A stretch of 64,000 nt of DNA, from contig NW_026851682.1 of assembly GCF_026571515.1 (NCBI RefSeq), positions 186,001 to 250,000 of the forward strand, written 5' to 3'. The first letter of the stretch is position 1, and each line of letters opens with the position of its first letter. Shown here piece after piece: positions 50,760 to 64,000 of the stretch. A program made the position numbers and the translations under genes. The notes beneath the pieces are model-generated. The model was given only the letters and a program-made list of their open reading frames with translations. It was not told the DNA's origin and did no database searches. Source of the DNA: Ruditapes philippinarum. Lineage: Eukaryota.

Positions 50760-52693
50760 ACTGTCACATTGTCTGTTATTTAACATTAAATAAAGCTGAC
50801 CAGACGAAATGAAAATCTTAAGTTTTATTTCAGTTGACTCTTAAAATAACATGTTCTGTGTATTTGAGAGTCATCAGGAAGTCTTATCTAGTTTGTACAG
50901 AATTTATTTTTGTTTGATTGTGAAGCAAGCTATAAGCTTATACACTGTCACACTGGAATTCATTCTTGGAATCAAGCAGCTGGTGTAAACTTTTTTTGCT
51001 GAAGGAAACAACAACTATTCCCAGATGGGATTTGAACCATGTGGCCAGCAATCCTTAATTTACTAGTCTGTAAACTTAAAATAAGTTGGCCACCCAACCA
51101 CTATTTAAAGCAAGCTTGTGGTTAGCCTAAGGAATAATACTTTGGTATGAACTATGGCGCAGAATCTTCCTTCACCTATAAAATTAACAAGTGCCAGTTT
51201 TGAGTTCTGACCCTCGAAAACAACCATTCTGAGAGAAATACACTTGCATTATTTAAATGCTGGGGGGGCGGGAAGCTTATTTAAGAGAAACGTGAATATT
51301 TAATACTCTGTGTTTTGAGTATCTTGAAATGATGCCACTCAACTGTAGTGTATCACCAGAGCATGTATTACTTTATCTTCACCATTGGTAGGGATATTCT
51401 GTATATCCTTGACTTATGTAAAGGTCTAGTGTTTCCATAAGAAACAATATTGAGTTATTAATAAAGTTCATATTAAAATTGATTATGAAAAAGTAATAAG
51501 TGGTCGGCAACTGTCCATGGACGAAACTGCTCTACATTTAAATTTATGGCAGTAATTGAAGAAAAAAACTGAAACTGAAATAATTTTTTGTCTTGTTGAA
51601 TTGCAGTATTTCTTATGAATTGTAACACACTTTGATAAATTGGGTCTAGTTAATCAACTGGTAAGAAAAATGGTTTGTATTCACGAGTAAACATTTACAA
51701 TACTAAATTATTCAAGTGACTGTGCTGTTTTTAGCTGATTTTGTAAAAGCTTACTTTGTGAACACCAACACAGTGTGTATTCTAGGACACCGGATTGCAG
51801 GATTCATTCTATTTTTTCCAGGTTGACGCACAGTTTTGAAATGTGCAATTGAATTGATGAAGCTTTCTCAAAAAGTGTAATATTTCTAGTCCAAAGGGAG
51901 GTAAAATTCTAGGGAAAAATACCAATCCTGGCTTGACATAAACATTTCTTAAATTTTGTAATAGAAACATACTTTATATTGGCTCCCCTTGTTTTTGAAA
52001 ATCCTATTTGTTAAAAGTGAGGGATGGAGGCTTAAAAAATCACTGCAATTTTTGAATTACAAGAATAGACACTAACCTTTTATATACAAAACAAAATTAA
52101 CCAATGACTCATTTAGAGGCAGATAGTTGTTTATCTAAAGCATCTGATTGCGTCCCAGTTTTGATGAAAAACTGCTGATTATCTTTGTAAACTAAGTCGA
52201 AATAAGAAACAAAAACTGGTAAAAGTTTACTACAATTTAATACAATAAAGTGAGATTTTTATATGTAAAATTTTGATATGTTTTATACATTTAAAGCAAT
52301 ATAATAACAACAATAAACAACATTGCTAAATAAATACAGTATTAATAAGCTTTTCTATATGAAAAAGTAAGTACCGGTATTTCATAAAAATAGAAACATG
52401 AACACTATATAAAAAGATACTGCAATAACAATTTTAAGAATAAAAATTTGTTCAATTCAGACCTGGCCATTATTGGTAAACAAATAATGAAAAAATGAAC
52501 ACAAGTTACTAATATAATGCCGCGTTCAATAAGGGAGATTCTAATAGGATTTCAAGCTTAATCATAAAGATTTAACTGTAAAACAACAATTCAAAGATAA
52601 AAATACATTCAGACTAGAAAACTGAAAGCACACGCCTTAAAAATTCAGCCACTTTAATATACATAGATATAACAAAAGCTGCTAGGTAGAAAG

Positions 52694-55600
52694 TTAATTA
52701 TCTTTATCCCACTCGACATCCTTAATCTTCAAGAACAACTTTGCTTCAAGGTTCCCATTTACAATGTATGGAGAGTTATCTGCCTTGAGATGTTCTATTT
52801 GGACAACATTGTCTTCTGTGAAGACGCTAGACGAGGCTGTAAATTTATGGGTGGCATTGTAGGAGAAGGCAACGTATTTTACCCCATTTTTGATCCCGTA
52901 CAAGATCAGGGACATGGAAGTGTCCACAGCAGACAAATTTTTACACAGCATTTTCAACGACATAGTGACATTTGGGGACGTGTAGCCGTACCAACTGAAT
53001 GTCTTGAATGGACCTTTGGGCCAGAACGTGACCTCAAAAGGGATCTCTTTCATATTCTTTTTGTTGGACGAAGCAACAACATCAACTGGGATAGTTACCA
53101 AATGGTTGATTTTGCTCTCAAACTTCTCTACGTAGTTGTAATGCAGCAATGTGAGGTCTATACATAGGCAGTAAAATTTGCACATATAGTTCCGGAACAT
53201 TTCATCCCTGTGATTTTGATACACTTCATTCATGATGAGTGAATGGTAACGATATGCGGCATTTATTTTATCAGAAAATATATCTTTGTGATCCACATAC
53301 AACTGTGACTTTTCGATCTCCAACAACTGCTTTGGCTGCATCATTTTAAACCTCAAGAGCGGGACAACTTCCTTCACATTTAATGCAACATCCTTGTGGT
53401 TACTTTCACTCAACAGCCACTGCTCAAGCTTTAGCCATAAATCAAACTCGTTTGAAATAACAAGATCGCTACTTGACAAAAACTCCACAACTTCATCTTT
53501 CGACAGATCCATCCAGTCTGCTGTCTTCAGAATGATTTCAAAATTTGATAAGATGAATTTGCGGCACTTATCCACAAGTAGGCTGTTTCCCGTCATCTTG
53601 GAGTATTGGTACCATGACAAGGTTCGGTTTGTGTCGGGTGATTCAACAATGTGACGGGTCATGTATTCCACACAGGCTGTACTAAGTGCAGGGATGCAGT
53701 ACTTGTCAGCTAACAGCAATATTGGCAGAACGTTATCTGTTGTTAGACCAACAGAACCAGAATATATGTACCTGAAAAAATATGAAATGGTATATAATTA
53801 TGTCTTTTAGATAATTAGATTTATTTTTAACACATATCCGTATAAGTATTTCTATTCAATTTTATTAGGTAGGTAAAGTAATAAAAAAGATTTGCTTGTG
53901 AATCAGACTTAAGCTATCAACTGTAAATTACTATCAACTTCTGAAATAATAAGCAAAAAAAATGATCATTTTAAAATCATAGGAATATAACCTATCTTTA
54001 TTGGAAAAGAAATAAATAACATTTATATATCAACTTACCGGAGGAATAGAGAAAATACAGGTATACATTCCTCCTCCTCTGTCAGTTTAATCTCAGGTTG
54101 GCTTGCTTCTTTCCATCTATCCTCATTTAACATTGCCCTGTAAATTGCCAAGAATATATTAAATATATTAACTTTATCTGTTCTAGACTTCTTTACATAG
54201 AATAATCAATGAAATATTATCTCCTATTTTTAGGCAAACAAATTTGTAATTTTGCATTAACATTAAATTACATCAATATGCCTTATTACTAAAGAATTAT
54301 TCTCGCCCTGTTTAATTTCATGATGTCTTTATTAAAAATTTAATTAATAACAGAGATCTAATTTATATACTGTACATTTAATTTAATCAGTATGCAATCA
54401 GGCATGGTAATCAGTCAAAAGAAATTAAAATGATTTTATTAAAGCATATGCATGCTCTTAATATAAATGACCTGTTTTCATTTATTTTTTTTGCCTTAAA
54501 CTGTAAAAATTAAATTAAAATGAAAGAATAATATTCATTTATTTGTTCAACTCACTCAAAGACCTCACTGCAGATGATCAGCATGAATTTATGGGCGTAA
54601 AATCTTTCGTCCCCAACTTGTATTATTATATCACTCAATTTTTCATTGTTGAAAAGGGAGGCAAATCTGTCCACAACCAATTTATTATTTTCTATATTCT
54701 CCAAAGAAGGGTTTGTACATGTATTACCGACTCCGCTAGAACTCTGAGCATCTTTCAGCGATTCTGTAGCAGACATTTTATGGGTTCTTTTTCTGCCATA
54801 CCCTGAAAATATATCAAAGAAATAAATTTAAGGGCAAGCAGTCATACCAAATCTGCAATTTTATTATGATATAGGGTCTATAAAAAAACCCCCAAAAATC
54901 TTCTTGGGTTTCTGTGACTGCTTTGAAGCAAAGCAAATTTTTGGAACTTTATAATCCTTCTGTGAGTTTTTATACCCTTGAAACGAAGTTTGGGGGGTAT
55001 ATAGGAGTCACTCGGTGGTATGTCGGTCCAGCGGTCCGTTGCATTTTCCTTGTCCAAATCATAACTTGAAGACTAATGATTGGAATTCAATACAACTTCA
55101 TACAATGATCAAGCACATTGAGAGAAAGTGCTATGCACAAGAATCATAATTCTATCTTGACTTATTACAGAGTTATTGCCCTTTGTTACTTTTCTTAGTC
55201 CGGAGCATAACTTGATAACTACTAGTTGGAATTTAACAAAACAACTTCATACAATAGTCAAGCACAATAAGGGGAAGTGCAGTGCACAAGAAACATAACC
55301 CTATCTAAAGTAATTACAGAGTTATTGCCCTTTGTTACTTTTCCATAGCTTTCTTTTGTCTGGGCCATAACTTGAAGACTAATGATTGGAATTCAATACA
55401 ACTTCGCACATTAAGAGGAAGTGCAGTGCACAAGAACCATAACTCTATCTTGACTAATTACAGAGTTATTGCCCTTTGTTACTTTTCCTTGTCCGGAGCA
55501 TAACTTGAAAACTACTGGTTGGAATTCAAAACAACTTCATACAATGGTCAAGCACAATAAGAGGAAGTGCAGTGCACAAGAACCATAACTCTATCTAAAG

Positions 55601-57731
55601 TAATTACAGAGTTATTGCCCTTTGTTACTTTTCCATTGCTTTTTTTGTCCGGAGCATAACTTGAAGACTAATGGTTGGAATTCAATACAACTTCATACAA
55701 TGATCAAGCACATTGAGAGAAAGTGCAGTGCATAGAAACCATAACTCTTTCTTGACTCATTTAAGAGTTTTTGCCCTTTGTTACTTTTTATTGTCCAGTG
55801 CATAACTTGAAAATTAATGGTTGGAATTCAATGAAACTTCATACAATGGTTAAGGGCAGTGAGATGAAGTGCAGTGCACAAGAACCATAACTCTATTTGG
55901 ACAAATTACAGTTATTGCCTTTGTTACTTTTTTGTCCAGTGCATAACTTGAAATCCAGTGGTTGGAATTCAAAACAACTTCATACAATGGTAAAGGGCAA
56001 TGAGAGGAAGTACAGTGTACAATAACCATAACTCCATCTTCAGTATTTGTAGAGTTATTACCCTTTGTTCTTTTTCCTTGTCCGGTGCATAACTTAAAAA
56101 CAAATGTTTAATGCAACTTCATACAATGGTCAAGCCAATGAGAGGAAGTGCAGTGCTCAAGAAGCGTAACTCTTTCTGGACTTATTACAGAGTAATTCAA
56201 TAAAACTTCATCAATGGTCAACCACATTAAAAGGAAATGCAACATACAAGAACCACAACTACATGTATCTTTAATTGCCCACAACCATAACTCTATTTCA
56301 AGTCTTTTGCAAGGTATTCTGTTACTAGTAACTAGTTACTAGTAACTAGTTACTAGTAACTTCCTTCTTTCAAAAGCAGTCTTGTGGGGGGTATTTATCA
56401 CATTTAGTGATAGTTCTAGTTTTTTACAGAAGACGCAATTATGGTTTCATACAAAGATACTACCTACCTTCTTTAAATACTTCATTTAAATATAGACCAT
56501 GTTTAATCATGGACCTTGCAAGATTTTAACAGTGAAAAAATAAGCCCAGAATTTCCTATTGATTGCTTAAGGTCAACTGCTTACATGAATATAAAAGTAT
56601 CACATACAAAACCATGTTAACTTTTGTTTTGTGTAAACCTGAGGTTAACCAGTGACTATGTATTACCACAGTGTTGCAATTGGATAGCCATTCTGTCAGA
56701 TTTGACACTCAGAGAAAGGTCCATTGATGATTCTAAAGCCAATGCATGTGAATAATGGTGAATGGTTAAAGTTCAGTTAAATTCCCTCTGCTCATCAAAA
56801 CTGCCCTCAGGTGTGGAAGCTGAGGTTACAACTAATTGGTGCAGTGTGATCATGATCACTTTAGATTAGACAACATGAAAAAACAATTAATCTTTGATAA
56901 GTGATGCTTTTCCACAAATAACTTAAATTTGCAATAATTAAACCCTAATAACCTGCCTTATTTTTTGCAATATGGATTTGCCCAACTTTGAATCTTGAAC
57001 AGTCTGCTCAAAGTTGAAGGGATTTCAATATAAATACAACAATTGAGCCTGGTCAGACTGCACAGAATGAGATCTAAGAACAGGGGTATTGCTAGACCAT
57101 CTAATAGACTTGTCAAAATGACAGAGATGACTTTGGACGGGCAATGTCTTTCCCAACGGTTTGACAGTATGAAATTACGGTCTATGATTTTGATTAAACC
57201 GTTCACACCGAATTAATTAGGATAGGGTGTATCAAATTTTACAGTCATTTTTTACAGTCATTTAAGTGTACTCTGATGTGAGTGCCAATTAATGCCCATG
57301 GTGAAAGCCTGGTGAGTACTCTACTTATTCTTTAAATACACATGTACTTAAGTTAAGGCAAATAAAATACACCTACATCTTCAGTTTAATTATTAATGAC
57401 TAGTGTAGAAATCTAGTTAACAGGTTAAAATTGATGATGAATATTTCTTAATTTTGCAGTACACTACTTACTGCAATCACTACTTATACTCATTTAAACT
57501 TTCACTTCTTAATTGAACAATAAAAAAAATGCTAAAAATAAAAAATAAAGTCAATATTTCCATACAAAGCATAAGAAAACTTACAAAAATACAAAAACAT
57601 TAAGCATTTACATTCAGATGGGAGAGTACTCTAAATTCCCATAGCTAATTGAATTTTAAAGGGGTATTGTGTTCAATCAAAGTTGATATATTACCTCTGA
57701 TATTTTCTCTGTAACCTAATATGTATTCCAT
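52694..57731 (-). CDS. BTB/POZ-BACK domain protein, BTBD17-like (about 486 aa)
   Basis: Exons 57695-57731 (tentative, phase-compatible), 54556-54802, 54039-54137 and 52694-53771. BTB motifs LSDIIIQVGDERFYAHKFML..CSEVFEAML, FLRYIYSG and LLADKY; BACK motifs CRKFILSNF and LSSSDLVISNEFDLW; a beta-rich C-terminus instead of Kelch repeats. Confidence 0.9.
54967..56421 (+). mobile_element. HINE (non-autonomous Helentron) with ~145-160-bp internal tandem repeats
   Basis: tttttataccc...gggtata 5' structure, degenerate GTCG/GTCC tract, repeats containing cataacttga..ttggaattcaa..agagttattgcccttt, 3' gggggtat, tatcac/gtgata hairpin and ctagtt end. Confidence 0.82.
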
Positions 57732-57978
57732 TTTATTTTACCATGTTTTCATATTTTTCTTTCATTTTTGTTAAATAATGTCGTTGTTACGCACTGTTAG
57801 CGCTGCACAACGATGTTGTACGTTACGTCACGGTGCATGTCGTCACAATATTACCGTATTCCCCTTTAAAAAATTGTTATTCAGAGTGATCTCCCTTCCA
57901 GGAAGAAGAACTATTGAAATAAAATATTTTTTTGTAAACAATAAATGTTCTGAATAATTGCGTTGTTAAGCTTGGAAG
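57732..57978. promoter_or_regulatory. Putative bidirectional promoter between the BTB gene and TOLLIP
   Basis: Divergent ATGs separated by 247 bp; CpG-containing core with a CRE/ATF-like TTACGTCA (57823-57830) and a CGTCA half-site (57841). Confidence 0.6.
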
Positions 57979-60900
57979 ATGTCTGAAACAACAGGTACAA
58001 ATCATACACCTAGCAGCGATAGGAGAAATCATGTAAGAATTTTAATAATTTGGAGTAAAAGTTAAAAAAATTATGTAAAAAGTGTTTGAGCATTTAACAG
58101 ATAAATTTAGAAATCGCTCCAGCATACACTGTCATTTCACTTTCACTGTGATTGATCATGAAATCCTTTCTGCGGTCATTTGCACTGTACCCCTGCTCAG
58201 GTATGTACAGAAGTTTCAGTTCCTTACGAAAGTGAAGGCAACTAGTACTAGTAAACAGGACAGCCTGGCCAGGAATGATGCGAAGCTTGAACTGCGCTCT
58301 GGTAAATTCAATGTGTCTTACTGAAAAATACCAGCACCATCACCACAAGGGTAAAGGGTCAACTCAGCCCTATACCAACTTGGCACGGGTATACTCGGCA
58401 CTTTATTGAAACCTTTTAGGATATAGTTGGTTTAGTTAATAAACATTTTAAGGATTAATTAATATACTATAAGAGTAAATTCAGAGGTACTGGTTGGTCC
58501 CAAAAATGCTTGATTTAGTTCTTTTTCTTTGTTCAGTGGTTATCAGTATATCAGTCTTTGTTTTAATCAACAATAAATGAATATTTTTTCTTTCATTTAG
58601 TAATTAAATTTATTTCAATTAATGTAAACGGTAATATTTAAATATCTACTTCAAGAACATTGGCGTTAAAAATTTGGACGTCAAGAGGGCAATACCTTAA
58701 TTACCTCTTGTACTAGCTTATAATAATCATTTGCAATGTAATTAAACGATAGAATATCCAAAACTTCAGCTTTGCTGCTGAAATTTTGTATATCATTTTA
58801 AAAATAAAAAATTTAAACACCCAAGCTTTTATCTGAATTAAATCAGCGTCATTACATATCTGTCCAGACACATGGTACCGTAGTGTGGACAATTTAGGTA
58901 ATTTTGATAAAAAGTAATAATCAGTAATATACAATTTTGGGCTGAGTTGATCCGTGCCAAGTTGGTAGAAGGTCGAGATGACTCATGGGGCTGAGTTAGT
59001 TTTAGGGTTGAGTTGACCCAGATTCAATGCTAAGTAATGTTTACCAGTTTGTAGTACAATTATATATATATATATATATATACATGTATATATATATGGG
59101 TCGGCATAACAATAAAATTGTATTAAAAATTAACAAGTTTATTCAAATTTCACCAAAATTATCAACTATATTGTATACAGATTTACTTATAGAGTTTTTC
59201 TTTTTAACATAGGTTATGGTGGGTGAGCTGCCAGGTGATTTTCTTCGAATTAATGGTACACCACAGCAGCAACAGGCGTTAGCAGATGAACGAGTGGCAC
59301 AGATTCTGCAGGCCCAACAGCAAGCTGGTTACTATTCCATGCCTGCTAATATAAAAGGAAGAATTAACATCAGTGTTGTGCAGGTGTGACTCTTGGGAAT
59401 CTATTTGTGAAGTGCATGCATTTTAAATCTGATAAACTTATATATAAAATATAATAAATAAAATCTCTAATTCGCTGTATATTATTAAAAATGCTAATTT
59501 GAATTTGCCGTAGCTTTGGGACGGGCTTCTTCAGTAGCATTTATTATACATACAAATACAATCAGACAAAACAAGGGAAGTGATGTATCATCATTGAGCA
59601 ATGCCGGCCATAGCATTGTGTGCTGTCTGCTGCGTTATTCTTTAGTATTTACTCCGTAAAGACCAATACCGGATGACAATAGAAAATTTATTGAAAAATA
59701 AATTAAGAACATAATTATAGACCTTACAGAGGAAATACTTAAGATTAGGGCAAATTCAAATTAGCGTTTTAAATTAAACTGAATTAATATAGACATATAA
59801 ATGCAAAAGGAATATAAACAATTCCTTTAAAGATTCTAAATTGATGATAATGGAAAATAATGTTAGAAAATTTGTAAATTTAAATCAATAGTTTTGTTTT
59901 ATTTTATTTCAATATTTTTATTTGCTTTCTTTGAATGCTTTGTCAACTATTCCATTAGAAGGATTCTTTCATTACAAATTCTCGATGAATATTGAAAGAT
60001 TTCTTTAGACTATAGCATTTCTTTGTCATGTATATATTTTCTCAACTGCAGGCAAAGCTTACTAAGAACTATGGTTTGACCAGGATGGATCCATACTGTA
60101 GACTAAGGGTCGGTCATGCTGTGTTTGAAACACCTACAGCTTACAATGGGGGTAAAAATCCGCAATGGTGTAAAGACATACAATGGTAAATGTTCTTTAT
60201 TATGTTTTTCACATATGTTTTAGGAACTCTATTTTTAAGAGATGAAAATCTGCACTCTGTATCATTTATTTTACTCATTAAAGAAAGCAAATGTCTGCTA
60301 GTAATAAAGAAAACTTCTACAATGATGCTGGTTATGAAAAAATGCATTCAATTTTGATAAAAAGAGATTGCTAACAAATTTACTAACAAACTTAAGTCTA
60401 TCTTCTTGCAATGTATTATGATTTCTTTTACATTCATTTGATATGAAATATTATTAAATATGTTTAGAGAGGCCTAAGTATAGAATTTAAAAATTATGCA
60501 TTTTTATTATTTTCAAAGAACTTTGTGTAATAATAATCTTTTTCTTTCTTCCTTCATTTTGTTGTAGAACATAATAAAGCTAAACCTGTGGATACAGACC
60601 ATCTGTAGATTTAGACCACCTGTATTCTAACTTCTTGTTTCGCTGGTTGACTATAGATTGGGTTTCTTCATTCAATTCATGTTTTGTGATACCAATGTTC
60701 ATGCATGTATATAGATAGAAAACAATGTGTGTAGCCTAGTGGGAGGTTACTTTTTTGGTTTATATATTTCAGTTACCTGCCAAGTGGTGTTGATAACATG
60801 TATGTTGAAATATTTGATGAGGTAGGGTATTCACCTTTATTATCATTTTATAAGTCAATTACTGATTAATTCTTGTTTGTATTGGTTGAACTTTGATTAG

Positions 60901-63476
60901 TTCATGTATTTATATTAGTACAATGTACATGCAATTGAATTTTGATGAATTTATCATTGAATTTTTATAAACTTACGTTTGTATGAATTGAACTTTGATA
61001 AATTAATTCTTCTATTAATTGAATTTTGATGGATTTATAATTGAATTTTAATAAATTTATGTTTGTATTAATTGACTTTGATGGTTTTCAAATGAAACTT
61101 GTAAATAAAAAGATAAAAAAAGTGAAACATTTTATTAATGCAAAACAAAGCATCCTAAAAGTTATCATTTGTAGAAAATTTAGACTTGATATGTCTATTA
61201 ACATGAGGGGTAAAAATTTAAGTTACTGGATATTACTCAATGATTTTAACTGATTTTTAGCTCGACTTTTCTATGAAAAGGGGAGCTATCCTACTCGCCC
61301 CGGCGTCGGCGTCGGCGTCGGCGTCACACCTTGGTTAAGTTTTTCGTACCACCCCACTTTATTTCAGAAGTATTACAAGTATGGCTTTGAAACTTACCAT
61401 ACTTGTTCACCATCATAACCTCCATCTACAGACAAGAGTACATAACTCTGTCAAGGTTTTTGACAGAATTATGGCCCTTTTTTGACTTAGAAAGTGTATT
61501 GAGCTTGGTTAAGTTTTTTGTACCACCTCACTTTATTTCAAAAACCATTGGAGGTATTGCTTTGAAACTGACCATACTTGTTTACCATCACGACCTTCAT
61601 CAACAGACAAGAGGACATAACTCTGTCAAGGTTTTTGACAGAATTATGCCCCTTTTTGACTTAGAAAATACATTGAATATGGGTAAAATCCACTTATTGC
61701 CTTAACCCTTTGAGATATTGCTTTGAAACTTTTAATGCTATTTCACATCATTACCCCCATCTGTACGCAAGAGAAGGTAACTCTGTCAAGGATTTGTTTT
61801 AAAAATTAAGGCCTTTTATCGACTTAGAATCTTGGTTAAGTTTTTAGTACCAGTCCACTTTTTGACTGAACTGTTTGAGATATTAATTTGAAAGTTGGAA
61901 TACTTGTTTACAATCATGATTCCCAAACATGTCTTTTGACTTAAACATTTCAAACTTTGCTGCAGTGTTCAAGGGTATCACACAATTCAGTAAAATAATT
62001 CTTCACTAAATATCTTAATGCTCATGGCCATTGTTCACTTTAAAAATACAGAGATTCTTGTATTGCCTTTTACTGCAAAAACTTTTTTTATTGGCAAGCA
62101 ATAAAAAAGTCGAGCGCGCTGTCTTACGGACAGCTCTTGTTAAAAAATGACAGACTTTGTGGGGATCATTGATTTTCAATATATACATATAGTAAAAAAT
62201 CAAAAAATCTTATTATCTGAAGGTACAAGGCTTAGAGCTTTAATATTTGTTAAAGGATTTCATCTATAGGTACTCTACCAAGTTGTTCAAATTTTGCCTG
62301 TAGTGTCAAAATTAGCCCCGCCCTGGGGGCTATAGGTTTTTCTTATATGGAACCTTTACCAAGATAATGTTCAAATTATAATTGTTTGGTGGACCTGTAT
62401 CAAGATTGCTTTGAATTAAACCCTTTGGTCCAAAATTTTGCCTTGCCTAAGGGGACAGTGACCTACTTTCTTGTCCTTTGATGTACAGCAATGAAATTTT
62501 GACCATGTGCACAGTTTTAGTTGTAAAATTGAACTTTAATATAGTAAAAAATCAAAAAATCTTATTGTCTGAAGGTACAAGGCTTAGAGCTTTAATATTT
62601 GTTAAATGATTTCATCTATAGGTACTCTACCAAAATTGTTCAAATTTTGCCTCTAGTGCAAAATTAGCCCCGCCCTGGGGGCTATAGGTTTTCCTTATAT
62701 GGAACCTTTACCAAGATTGTTCAAATTATAATTGTTTGGTGGACCTGTATCAAGATTGTTTTGAATTAAACCCTTTGGTCCAAAATTTTGCCTTGCCCAA
62801 GGGGACATTGACCTTCTTTCTTGCCCTTTGATGTACAGCAATGAAATTTTGACCATGTGCACAGTTTTAGTTGTAAAATTGAACTTTGATATCAGATGAC
62901 CTAGATTTTGATGATGTGACCTACTTTCTTGTCCTTTAATGTACAGCTATGAAATTTGAACCATGTGCATGGATTAAGATGTAAAGTGAATTTTGATTTC
63001 AGCTGACCTAGATTTTGACAAAGTGTCTTACTGTGTTGTCCTTTGATGTAGTCATGAAATTTAGGCTGTGTGAAATATGACCTTCACCACCAAATTCACT
63101 AGACTCGAGTGCATTGATATATTCCTACTCTAATCTTTTATTGAGTTTACAACAGATTTAACCACTAATCTGATAATAGGAATCAGATAGGTCAGGGATC
63201 TATGCATTATGGCAATCTTCAAAATTGTATAGAAACCAAAAAAATCTGTTTCTACACTACTATTTAGTGTTGTATTAATGCGGTGGCATAGCATTTTTCT
63301 CAAATGCAATCTTGTTTCTTCAGAAATCATTTACCTCAGATGATCGTGTAGCGTGGGCATATGTTAACATTCCTCCTCCAGCTTTAAGTGGGGAAACAGT
63401 CGACGAATGGTTTGCACTCAGTGGTAAACAAGGTGATGAGAAAGAAGGCACCTTAAACCTTGTCATAACTTTTACT
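57979..63476 (+). CDS. TOLLIP: Toll-interacting protein (exons 1-5; CUE-domain exons lie beyond the window)
   Basis: Exons 57979-58032, 59213-59383, 60052-60185, 60773-60821 and 63324-63476. Translation includes [55 protein letters not shown] and [16 protein letters not shown]. Confidence 0.97.
58356..59019. mobile_element. Degenerate TIR element in TOLLIP intron 1
   Basis: gggtcaactcagccc..ccaacttggcacgg on the left, inverted ccgtgccaagttgg..gggttgagttgaccc on the right; no clear TSD. Confidence 0.6.
61254..62141 (+). mobile_element. HINE (non-autonomous Helentron)
   Basis: subTIR gctcgactttt/aaaagtcgagc, (GGCGTC)n tract, ~180-bp internal repeats, 3' hairpin gctgtc-ttacg-gacagc, tt ends. 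Confidence 0.85.
62188..63070. repeat. ~350-bp tandem duplication of degenerate HINE-type repeat sequence
   Basis: The block atatagtaaaaaatcaaaaaatcttatt...ttgaacttt recurs at about 62188 and 62540. Confidence 0.75.
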
Positions 63477-64000
63477 GTAAGTTTTATTTTTCTTTATTTC
63501 ACAATAACATTGATTTTCATTGGATAATCATGACATGGCTAGTCCTTTTGTCAATTTATGCTGAAATGTCACTTTTTTCTATAGAAAAAGGAAGTTTGCA
63601 TATTGTAAATTTGTTATGAATATTCCTGACAGGTTATATGGCCATATATAAACAGTTGTTTGCAATATAACCCAAGCTGCTATTTCCAATCAACCATTTA
63701 TATATAGCCATATAACCTGTCAAAATTCTTCATAACTAAAAATATTTATATTTATACTTTGACAATAAGTGTTTAGAAAAATAAGATTATAGACTAACAT
63801 GAGTAAAAAAGATTTTGTCTTTAGAAAGAGATACAAAAATACCTTTTACGTCTTTTACATCTTATGCATATTCATATGCTTTAGATTCATCGAGATTGTG
63901 CAGAAAATTTACGGTGCTAAATACTAAAAATCAGTGAATACTACTTATCAATTGTTGTATAACCCTTACCATCTAAAATGGACTCATCCATCTTTCAATC

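Overview
AT-rich animal genomic DNA, probably a bivalve mollusc (inferred from the repeat types), with five N-gaps. In order it holds: a minus-strand gene with Cys-rich modules and thrombospondin type-1 repeats (runs off the window start); an intronless 791-aa membrane glycosyltransferase with motifs of bacterial beta-1,2-glucan synthases (OpgH/MdoH and the Cgs/NdvB GT84 domain), a candidate horizontally acquired gene; three related satellite arrays; a Helentron derivative; an orphan Ser/Pro-rich exon; a complete 7-exon RPL13A; a BTBD17-like BTB-BACK gene; and TOLLIP exons 1-5, head-to-head with the BTB gene. RPL13A introns carry at least 14 box C/D snoRNA copies: nine SNORD33-like (eight in a ~170-bp tandem array in one intron), three SNORD50-like and two SNORD76-like. 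The two strongest leads are the OpgH-like synthase and the amplified intronic snoRNA arrays. All family assignments come from recalled motifs; no database search was run.
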